A stretch of 32,000 nt of DNA, taken from positions 64,730 to 96,729 of the forward strand of contig NZ_JAPWBB010000002.1 in assembly GCF_041433235.1 (NCBI RefSeq), in the 5' to 3' direction. Below, piece by piece: positions 17,786-24,283 of this stretch. The notes below the pieces were generated by a model. The model had not been told where the DNA came from. It ran no database searches and was given only the letters and a program-made list of their open reading frames with translations. The translations under genes and the position numbers were made by a program. Position 1 is the first letter of the stretch; each line of letters starts with the position of its first letter. Source of the stretch: Neisseria sp. 27098_8_112 (GTDB lineage Bacteria; Pseudomonadota; Gammaproteobacteria; Burkholderiales; Neisseriaceae).

Positions 17786-17787
17786 TC

Positions 17788-18948
17788 TTAACTGCCGACC
17801 TTTGCACCGTTTTGGAATCCTGTTGTTTCGCCTGCTTCAACATAGCCGTCATACATCAGATTTTGAGGGCTTTTACCGCCCATCGTAAGCACTTGTCCAT
17901 TTTCAGGCGCGTAGGCTGTCTGCGGTGCTGTTTGTGGCTGTTGTACGGTTTGATGCTCGTCCTTGTACGGGTTAAACGGCAAGCCATTTTTGACGTAGTC
18001 TTTGCACATGACTTTTGTGATTTCTTTCAGCGGTGTGCCCTGGCTTGAGTAACAGGTACATCCGCTTTTGCCGCCATCGACACAGCCAACAGGGTATTCA
18101 AATGTTTTGACTTGGCGGACGCCGTTGTAGATGGGTTTGCTTTCGGGTTTTTCGACGAGTGTAGGTACAAAATCTTCAGGTTTGAGATTTTGCCCTATAT
18201 CGGCAGTCGCAGGACTAGTTTTTGGTTCTACGCCATCTACATCGGATGCGGCTATTGTTGACGTTGTTTGCTGTTCATCCGCGCTAAATCGTTTGCTCAT
18301 GTTGTTTATCGTGTAAAGCGTGAAGCCTATTAAAAGGGGAATAAACAGGACAACGAATATCAGGCTTTTGGGAATGCGACGTTTCGGCTTAGTATGCACT
18401 TCAGCAGACTTGTACATGCCAAAAGACTTTTTAGGAACTACAAACGTCCGCTCAATGGCTTTAGCAATATTTACGCTGCTATCGGGCTGGTCAACGCATT
18501 CGTTCCATTCGTAAAGCTTACGTCCCACTGGCTTGATTGAAACGTGCATATGCCTTTGAACGAGCTTTCTTACGAAACTATCAAGATAACTTGGATGTTG
18601 AGTAATCAGGACAATATCTAAACCATGATGTCGATGTAATGCCAAAGCTTCTATAAATGGAGGTACTTTTGAAGCTGCTGAACGTGTGCCCATCAGCCTT
18701 TGCACTTCGTCTATGATGACGAGCGAGCCATAAGGGAGAAAATCTTGAAATGGCTTTTCTTTAATTTGTTCATCTGTAAGTTCTTCATGTTCTATCTTCA
18801 ATTCAGGAATGCCGTTGACGAACAATGGACGTTTTTTCTTTACTCCGTCTTTATCAGTAAAATGTGTGTAGCTTTCGTCTGTCATAAGCATATTGACGAC
18901 AGAGCTAGTTTTTCCGCTACCTGGTACACCAGTTTGTAAAATAATCAC
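17788..18948 (-). CDS. Zot-like / pI-like filamentous-phage assembly ATPase
   Basis: Walker A GVPGSGKTS at residues 7-15, Walker B LVIIDEVQ, a central TM segment (LIFVVLFIPLLIGFTLYTI) and a periplasmic C-terminal domain. Its start overlaps the upstream ORF by ATGA. Confidence 0.88.
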   Translation of the reverse strand: MIILQTGVPGSGKTSSVVNMLMTDESYTHFTDKDGVKKKRPLFVNGIPELKIEHEELTDEQIKEKPFQDFLPYGSLVIIDEVQRLMGTRSAASKVPPFIEALALHRHHGLDIVLITQHPSYLDSFVRKLVQRHMHVSIKPVGRKLYEWNECVDQPDSSVNIAKAIERTFVVPKKSFGMYKSAEVHTKPKRRIPKSLIFVVLFIPLLIGFTLYTINNMSKRFSADEQQTTSTIAASDVDGVEPKTSPATADIGQNLKPEDFVPTLVEKPESKPIYNGVRQVKTFEYPVGCVDGGKSGCTCYSSQGTPLKEITKVMCKDYVKNGLPFNPYKDEHQTVQQPQTAPQTAYAPENGQVLTMGGKSPQNLMYDGYVEAGETTGFQNGAKVGS

Positions 18949-19238
18949 TTAGCTTTTCCCCCTGGAATAAAGGATAGTTTGCTGATACTTTGCATGGCAA
19001 CGTTAAATGCAAATGCACCGAATATCAGACCTAATGCATGGCCGAAACCTGCCATCATGACAATTTGAAGAATGTCTGACGGCATTGAGTTGAACTGATT
19101 TTTTACGTAGTCTTTTATAAAACCTAATCCAACTGTAAAACCTGTATAAGTTACAAAACTAATGCCAAGGGCAATAAATACTTTTGCAACAATATAGGTT
19201 AATAGCCTTTGTAATATGGCGAAAAACGCAGCTTTCAT
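18945..19238 (-). CDS. pVI-like minor coat / membrane protein (DUF2523-like)
   Basis: 97 aa with three hydrophobic segments. It sits between the adsorption protein and the pI-like gene, as in other inoviruses. Confidence 0.6.
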   Translation of the reverse strand: MKAAFFAILQRLLTYIVAKVFIALGISFVTYTGFTVGLGFIKDYVKNQFNSMPSDILQIVMMAGFGHALGLIFGAFAFNVAMQSISKLSFIPGGKAK

Positions 19239-19241
19239 GCT

Positions 19242-20762
19242 TTAATCCTTTCTACTTGAAAACATGATATATGCTGCTGCTACCGCAGCGATACCAATCA
19301 CAAGGAATCGGATCATTTCGGCAAAATTACAAATCATGTCATATTTAAATTCCGTGGTTATGCCCAAATAGGTTGCAGTTCTTGGAGCAGGGCAAACACC
19401 ATTATCGGGTAGAAAGAAATCAGGGCTAAATGTTGTATCGTTATTTGTATGAGGAATTTTGAAAGGTTCTTCTTGTTCCTCTACATCGCCTTTTTCTGAA
19501 CAAGCTAATATGTCAGGGAAAACATTACAAAGTAAGCCTTTTGATTCTTCTTTCTTGTCATCTTTTTTATCTTCTTTTCTTTTATCTTTATCAGATGGAT
19601 CATCATCCGGATCAGGCTTATCATCTGGACGTTTATCAGGCTTATCATCAGGTTTTTTATCGGGCTTTCCATCAGGATTAGGCGCAGGATCTGGATCAGG
19701 CTTTGTATTGGGTGCTTCAGATCCGCCCGGTGTCAAATCAGGACGTTGAGTAGTTGCGACTTCTGCCGTTGTATTGCCGTTGGAGTCTTTGCCGAAAGTT
19801 ATGGTAATTTGAACCGGTTTACCGTTTTCGGGAGTGACAGGGCCAATTGTTACAACAGTACCGGCAGGGACTGATACTTTTTCGTTATATTCTGGTTTGC
19901 CTGTGCCTTCTACAAATGGCGTGGGGTTACTATCTATTGATGGGGTTGCGATTTTTAGGAATTCTTGAGAATCCAAGACTGTAGGGAATGTACCTTCTTT
20001 CAATTTGAAAGAAATAGAGCTACGTGAATCACTACCATTTGAAACTGAACAACTTCCGCCGTTTAAATCGAATAAGCATTTACTAACATTATATTTAAGA
20101 TATTCTTTATTGCCATCATCAACTAAATATTGCCTACGTTCAGGCCAATAATTATTAGCCATCGCTTCCATTTTCGATTGCATCAAAAATTCTGCTTCAG
20201 ACCTACTTTTTCCTCCGAGTTTATATGCTCTGATGATTGAAGAATCAACACCTGTACATTCATATTCTTTATATATTTCATTTGGATATTCGCCCCTTCT
20301 ATCCCAAATGCACAATTTATTATCCCAATATTTAAGGAATTCTTCAGATTTTTCATCATATTTGTAGCCAGCAGATTCAATTGGGGATTTAACAGCTTGA
20401 TAAGCTTCGTAGGCAAGCAGTGCGCCGCCTATGTAGAGATTGCCTCGACTTGAAACGGCTAGTTTTGCGCCACTTTTAACTAGACCGAATGCGCCAGAAA
20501 GGACGGCTTTTCGGGATACTTGGGCTTCAACCGTTGCATTTACAGTTTGTTTTGCCAAATACCCTTCATAGCGAGCCTTCATAGCTTCCGTTTGAAATTT
20601 ACGATATAGATTATCAGAAACAGACCTATTCCAAGGCTGCTTATCCCAGTGTGCTGTATGCTGACCATTATAAGTAACTGATTTACCTTTAATATTAATA
20701 TCGCCAGCAAATAAATAAGAACTTCCCAAAAAAAAGAAGAAAAACAAAATTAATTTATTCAT
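19242..20762 (-). CDS. pIII-like adsorption / minor coat protein (TspB-like)
   Basis: Signal peptide MNKLILFFFFFLGSSYLFA, a large N-terminal domain, a Pro/Asp/Lys low-complexity linker, and a C-terminal membrane anchor FLVIGIAAVAAAYIMFSSRKD. It is the largest virion gene and sits in the pIII position. Confidence 0.7.
   Translation of the reverse strand: MNKLILFFFFFLGSSYLFAGDINIKGKSVTYNGQHTAHWDKQPWNRSVSDNLYRKFQTEAMKARYEGYLAKQTVNATVEAQVSRKAVLSGAFGLVKSGAKLAVSSRGNLYIGGALLAYEAYQAVKSPIESAGYKYDEKSEEFLKYWDNKLCIWDRRGEYPNEIYKEYECTGVDSSIIRAYKLGGKSRSEAEFLMQSKMEAMANNYWPERRQYLVDDGNKEYLKYNVSKCLFDLNGGSCSVSNGSDSRSSISFKLKEGTFPTVLDSQEFLKIATPSIDSNPTPFVEGTGKPEYNEKVSVPAGTVVTIGPVTPENGKPVQITITFGKDSNGNTTAEVATTQRPDLTPGGSEAPNTKPDPDPAPNPDGKPDKKPDDKPDKRPDDKPDPDDDPSDKDKRKEDKKDDKKEESKGLLCNVFPDILACSEKGDVEEQEEPFKIPHTNNDTTFSPDFFLPDNGVCPAPRTATYLGITTEFKYDMICNFAEMIRFLVIGIAAVAAAYIMFSSRKD
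19611..19676 (-). repeat. Tandem 24-bp coding repeats in the pIII-like linker
   Basis: ATCAGGCTTATCATCTGGACGTTT (19611-19634) and ATCAGGCTTATCATCAGGTTTTTT (19635-19658), plus a degenerate third copy. They encode KRPDDKPD and KKPDDKPD. Confidence 0.8.
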
Positions 20763-21060
20763 TTCGTACTTTTTCTATTTCCTTCTTCTCTTCTATAGAT
20801 CTATTTAAATCAGCCATGAACTTAACCATATCAGGATCTGATGGACTCGGTTTTTTTGGACTTGTATTCATTAAATAAAAATCATCGTTATCCGATAATT
20901 TATTATTAGATTTAAATTTATTTTGAATAAAACCTAATAAATTTATAACTAGATAAGATACCATCATGAAATATCTAATTTCATTAGGAATAAAAATAAT
21001 ATTTAAAAAATACAATAAATAGAGAAGAACAAAAACAAGATTAAAAATTCTAATAAACAT
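20755..21060 (-). CDS. Hypothetical small membrane protein (2 TM N-terminus, charged C-terminus); extremely AT-rich moron candidate
   Basis: 101-aa ORF whose stop overlaps the pIII-like start by 8 nt. A hand count of 20881-21000 gives 21 G+C in 120 nt. I recognise no homolog. Confidence 0.5.
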   Translation of the reverse strand: MFIRIFNLVFVLLYLLYFLNIIFIPNEIRYFMMVSYLVINLLGFIQNKFKSNNKLSDNDDFYLMNTSPKKPSPSDPDMVKFMADLNRSIEEKKEIEKVRNE

Positions 21061-21111
21061 AATACTAACTTTCGTAATGGTTGCTGAAAGTTAGATTATA
21101 TCGCTTCTTCA

Positions 21112-21348
21112 TTAAAACGAACCATAACCACTGTCTATCATGTCTTCAACCGTACTATCTTCAGGCATAAGACCGGCATCAATAAGGAAATTTAAATAAT
21201 CCTGATGTTGGTCATAACCATCTGACCAAACCCTATCCATATACTCTTCATGCGTTTCATGATCAGAGTCAGGCTCCATAAAGTCACCGAAGCCATAATC
21301 TGCCCCGCCATAACTAGCTCCTTGTTCATACTCAAAATCATCTTCCAT
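21112..21348 (-). CDS. Hypothetical hyper-acidic 78-aa protein
   Basis: 14 Asp and 9 Glu against 1 Arg and 0 Lys, rich in Tyr/Phe/Gly, with no TM segment or signal peptide. AGGTAA lies 5 nt upstream of the ATG. Confidence 0.55.
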   Translation of the reverse strand: MEDDFEYEQGASYGGADYGFGDFMEPDSDHETHEEYMDRVWSDGYDQHQDYLNFLIDAGLMPEDSTVEDMIDSGYGSF

Positions 21349-21356
21349 ATCATTAC

Positions 21357-21425
21357 CTATTTAAAAATCATCCAGCCCACCACGACCGGAACAAACACAC
21401 CTAGATAAAAATAAAAATCCATCAT
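21357..21425 (-). CDS. 22-aa hydrophobic micro-ORF, possible pVII/pIX-like minor coat protein
   Basis: Hand translation gives MMDFYFYLGVFVPVVVGWMIFK*. It starts 4 nt after the upstream stop, with AAGG 8 nt upstream, and ends 8 nt before the next ATG. It is below the ORF-track length cutoff. Confidence 0.35.
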   Translation of the reverse strand: MMDFYFYLGVFVPVVVGWMIFK

Positions 21426-21429
21426 GGTT

Positions 21430-21708
21430 TTACCTTAATTTCTGCCATATCAACCTAATACCCCAAACCGCTGCCATGATGGCAACAACTGACCAGCCTA
21501 TATAGGATCCGTCCTTCATGCTGTCTATTGGGTTACATTCTGGCAATTCAGCTTTTAAAATCTGTTCCCCATATTTCCAGCCAAACTTATTAAAATTGAG
21601 CTGATATAGCTTTCCGTCATCGCCAATTTTGGGAGGCACTAAACTGAAATAGACGTTTTCGGCATCCTGACGGGTTGCATAACAATTATTTCCGACTTGG
21701 TAGCCCAT
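21430..21708 (-). CDS. Hypothetical phage protein with a C-terminal TM anchor and basic tail (minor coat candidate)
   Basis: 92 aa ending in IGWSVVAIMAAVWGIRLIWQKLR. It lies directly downstream of the major coat gene. Confidence 0.55.
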   Translation of the reverse strand: MGYQVGNNCYATRQDAENVYFSLVPPKIGDDGKLYQLNFNKFGWKYGEQILKAELPECNPIDSMKDGSYIGWSVVAIMAAVWGIRLIWQKLR

Positions 21709-21733
21709 TATTAAATACTCATGTCAATTAGTA

Positions 21734-21762
21734 TTCAGACGACCTTTAAGGGGTCGTCTGAA
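21734..21762. repeat. Inverted pair of variant DUS (GGTCGTCTGAA) forming a hairpin after the major coat gene
   Basis: TTCAGACGACC-TTTAAGG-GGTCGTCTGAA. The position is analogous to the post-gene-VIII terminator of Ff phages. Confidence 0.6.
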
Positions 21763-21774
21763 ATATGCTTCAAA

Positions 21775-21993
21775 TTAGCGCAATACGCGGCGGATCAGCT
21801 GGATAGCAAAGATTGAAGCGATAATACCCAGTACGATGGCCGCAACGGATAATGCGTCAGTTTTGGCAGTAGCCAAGTCGGTTTTAACGCTTTCAGGTAC
21901 TTCGGCCAATGCTTGAGTAGCGAAAGCCAGAGGAGCTGCGGCAACAACGGCCAGTTTTGCGCCGTATTTACGGCAAGTGTTCATCAATTTCAT
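21775..21993 (-). CDS. pVIII-like major coat protein
   Basis: 72 aa. Signal peptide ending AFATQALA, then a mature peptide with an acidic N-terminus (EVPESVKTD), a hydrophobic core (AAIVLGIIASIFAIQLI) and a basic C-terminus (RRVLR). Confidence 0.85.
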   Translation of the reverse strand: MKLMNTCRKYGAKLAVVAAAPLAFATQALAEVPESVKTDLATAKTDALSVAAIVLGIIASIFAIQLIRRVLR

Positions 21994-22078
21994 GATGTTT
22001 TCCTTAACGAAATGTTTAAAAAAATGTGTTAGCGGGCTATGTGAAGGTTTTAGAGACCGCCCGCCGAGCCTCTTAAAC

Positions 22079-22282
22079 TTAATCTTCTTTTGTATAAAAA
22101 CTAAAAATTAAAAATTCGCCGCCGATTTCTTCAATCGCCGAACTGAAAGCATCTTCATAACTTTCATATTGACCGGCAGATTTAATGTTAGGCGTAAAGC
22201 CAATATCGCCGAATGGATCGGGATAGATAAATTCATGGTTTTCGAGTTCTTGTACAATAAATTTTTGCTGATACTTACTCAT
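22079..22282 (-). CDS. Hypothetical phage protein (67 aa, acidic)
   Basis: ORF in the compact phage operon with an RBS-like sequence upstream. No recognisable motif. Confidence 0.45.
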   Translation of the reverse strand: MSKYQQKFIVQELENHEFIYPDPFGDIGFTPNIKSAGQYESYEDAFSSAIEEIGGEFLIFSFYTKED

Positions 22283-22295
22283 GATTCAGCCTTTC

Positions 22296-22607
22296 TTAGG
22301 CTTTGGGCGCTGCGCCTTTAACTTGGAAATCAAGCAATTTTGGAACAAGGCCTTTACCTGTTGATTCCATTGCAACGGTTACGTCAACCGCGCATGGGAA
22401 TTTAAGATTTTTCAGCTTGTCGAAATTATGGCTATCGCCAAATTTCATGCTTGCCGCGGTAAAGCCTACGGCATTGCCGTTTGAAGGCATAGGGCTGGCT
22501 ACCAAAACAGTGCAAGAATCGATTTTGTTACCGTCGATTTCGCCTTTGAATTGTTTTGCTCCCAAAAGGGTTGCTGAATACGTGGTTACTTGGCTTTGCT
22601 CAAACAT
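22296..22607 (-). CDS. Putative ssDNA-binding protein (pV-like)
   Basis: 103 aa, immediately downstream of the replication gene. Size and position match inovirus gene V. There is no sequence motif I can verify. Confidence 0.5.
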   Translation of the reverse strand: MFEQSQVTTYSATLLGAKQFKGEIDGNKIDSCTVLVASPMPSNGNAVGFTAASMKFGDSHNFDKLKNLKFPCAVDVTVAMESTGKGLVPKLLDFQVKGAAPKA

Positions 22608-22619
22608 TTTGAATTTCCT

Positions 22620-23963
22620 TTACTTGTTTAAAAAATTTGAAATAATTTTCTCTTCGAGTTCGATGTCTTTAATGTGTTGTTTTTCCCTATCTTGTGGGAA
22701 TGCGGTTTCTTTCTCATCAAGCAAATCATCAAGTAATGTTTGCATGTTCAAATCATCAATTGCTTTTTGCTCTTCGTGTATATACTGAATCTTTTGTGTC
22801 TGATCTCTACAATCGTATTGTTCAGGTTGTAACCCTTTGGGATAACCTTCAATGCCTTTTACAAGTTCATCGACGATTTTTGTATCATCCCAGCCTATAT
22901 CGCGGAGGAAATTAACCATTTTTCCAACCTGATTACGCGCATGGAACAGTTTGTGATCGAAAGATAAATTTACTGTTTCTGTCTTGGCATCCATCCGCTT
23001 GGCTTCTGTTTTGAATATCGCCGTACATATCGGATAAGCACCGCCAAGATACGAACCGGGATAAAGCAAAACATCTAAGGGAATTTCTATATCGCCCGCA
23101 CGAAATTCAGTTTCAAACCTGACCCATGGACTATTGACATCGCCAAATTGTTTTCCTTTCTCATAAACGCGAGTGAATTTTGAATTGCCGCGTTTACCTA
23201 CATAAAAGGTTTTGCCGCTACCATCATCATTGCGCCATGCAGTACCTCGACATTCGCTTTTAGGCCTCATGTTATGAACGTCAAAATGACCGTTGTCATG
23301 ATCAAGTAATGCTTGATCGGGTGTGTATTCGCCGTTAAAAAAATCATGGGCCACATCAACACGGGTAATTTTTGGACGTATGCACTTACTTAAAAACTCA
23401 TACAGTCGGTTTTCCCAACCGGGTATAGCAGCCTGACAACCTGTACCATTCAATTCAACTAGCATTGTTTCTCGCTGACCGCCATAATGAACCTTGCCAT
23501 ATTCGACGTTATCCGGGCCTAGTTGGTAACAGCTTTTATAGAAAAACTTTCCTTTGAACGGTAATTTTTGGGTAATGCCAAAACCGAAAATTTCTTCTAA
23601 CAGCTCGCTATACTTCACAACAAATTCCGTATCGGATACCAATCCTTTGCCTGTTACTTTCGGCAAACTGTCTTCGTGAATCGTAAAAGTGATTTGGTCA
23701 ATAAATGCGCCGTCATCCCTTCCTCTTCTTAACGGTATTTCAATGAATTTGCCTTTTCCATCCGATACGAAATGACTGAAATATTCAAACTTAAAATCTT
23801 GGTTATCCGATTTTTCCGCACCCTTCGGATTAGGGGTTTTATTTTGCTCCCCCCCTATTAGCCTAGGGGGGCAGCCTTCGGCGGTTGTCGCAGCCTTGCC
23901 GTCCGCTGACGCGGCCGCCATGTCTGCGCCTACCGCCACGGCTTTATATTCCAAGGCTTTCAC
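22620..23963 (-). CDS. Rolling-circle replication initiator (Rep_trans / RstA-like, pII analogue)
   Basis: 447 aa. Conserved-looking blocks are HYGGQRETMLVELNGTGC, ITRVDVAHDF, and FYVGKRGNSKFTRVYEKG, which carries an R-x-Y-E-K putative catalytic-Tyr motif. The N-terminal ~60 aa are low complexity and GC-rich, so the true start is uncertain. Confidence 0.8.
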   Translation of the reverse strand: MKALEYKAVAVGADMAAASADGKAATTAEGCPPRLIGGEQNKTPNPKGAEKSDNQDFKFEYFSHFVSDGKGKFIEIPLRRGRDDGAFIDQITFTIHEDSLPKVTGKGLVSDTEFVVKYSELLEEIFGFGITQKLPFKGKFFYKSCYQLGPDNVEYGKVHYGGQRETMLVELNGTGCQAAIPGWENRLYEFLSKCIRPKITRVDVAHDFFNGEYTPDQALLDHDNGHFDVHNMRPKSECRGTAWRNDDGSGKTFYVGKRGNSKFTRVYEKGKQFGDVNSPWVRFETEFRAGDIEIPLDVLLYPGSYLGGAYPICTAIFKTEAKRMDAKTETVNLSFDHKLFHARNQVGKMVNFLRDIGWDDTKIVDELVKGIEGYPKGLQPEQYDCRDQTQKIQYIHEEQKAIDDLNMQTLLDDLLDEKETAFPQDREKQHIKDIELEEKIISNFLNK

Positions 23964-24174
23964 GGTTGCATTCCTTATCCATCAGTTCTTTTACAAACAA
24001 TCTGCCGCATTCATACGCTTCGTTTTCGGTTTTTTGTTTCAAAGTCGGATTGCGGATAGGGAAACAAACTGTTTTGATGCATTGGGATTCGTTGTCTTTA
24101 TCCCTGAACACTTTCAAGATGTATGCTTTCGGGAAAGATAAGGGTTCGGGATTGACGGTATAGAAAATAAACAT
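23944..24174 (-). CDS. Hypothetical 76-aa protein at the head of the phage operon
   Basis: The ORF overlaps the rep start by 20 nt. Its RBS (AAGGGG) is embedded in a hairpin arm. Function unknown. Confidence 0.4.
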   Translation of the reverse strand: MFIFYTVNPEPLSFPKAYILKVFRDKDNESQCIKTVCFPIRNPTLKQKTENEAYECGRLFVKELMDKECNRESLGI

Positions 24175-24178
24175 GATT

Positions 24179-24210
24179 AAGCCCCTTCACTGGCTAGAGT
24201 TAAGGGGCTT
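24179..24210. repeat. Hairpin AAGCCCCTT-(14 nt)-AAGGGGCTT abutting the first phage ORF
   Basis: Perfect 9-bp arms. On the minus strand the 3' arm contains the presumed RBS of the 76-aa ORF. Confidence 0.6.
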
Positions 24211-24253
24211 TACAAGAATTAAGAATATGCGCCCCTGATGGAACGCAATATAT

Positions 24254-24283
24254 AAGGTCGTCTGAAAATTTTCAGACGACCTT
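24254..24283 (+). terminator. Variant-DUS inverted-pair hairpin with T-run at the right prophage border
   Basis: AAGGTCGTCTGAAAATTTTCAGACGACCTT followed by TGTTTTTATTTT. No plus-strand gene precedes it in the present arrangement. Confidence 0.5.

Larger units (their letters stand above)
17491..17787 (-). ncRNA. Structured non-coding region 5' of the IS110-type recombinase; candidate bridge-RNA locus and/or phage intergenic region (ori / packaging / att)
   Basis: 297 nt with no credible ORF and at least three strong hairpins (see the repeat features). There is also a long-range pairing between GTCTAAACCGCCC (17603-17615) and GGACGGTTCGAC (17564-17575). The position and length match where IS110-group elements encode their guide RNA. 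No direct evidence of transcription. Confidence 0.3.
16380..24253 (-). mobile_element. Nf/MDA-like filamentous (Inoviridae) prophage with a terminal IS110/Piv-Irg recombinase; boundaries approximate
   Basis: There is an abrupt fall in G+C right after the hemN stop. Twelve tightly packed or overlapping minus-strand ORFs follow inovirus order (Rep, ssDNA-binding protein, major coat, minor coats, adsorption protein, pVI-like, Zot/pI). The size, ~7.9 kb, is typical of neisserial Nf prophages. The right edge is placed just before a DUS hairpin at 24254. Confidence 0.8.
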
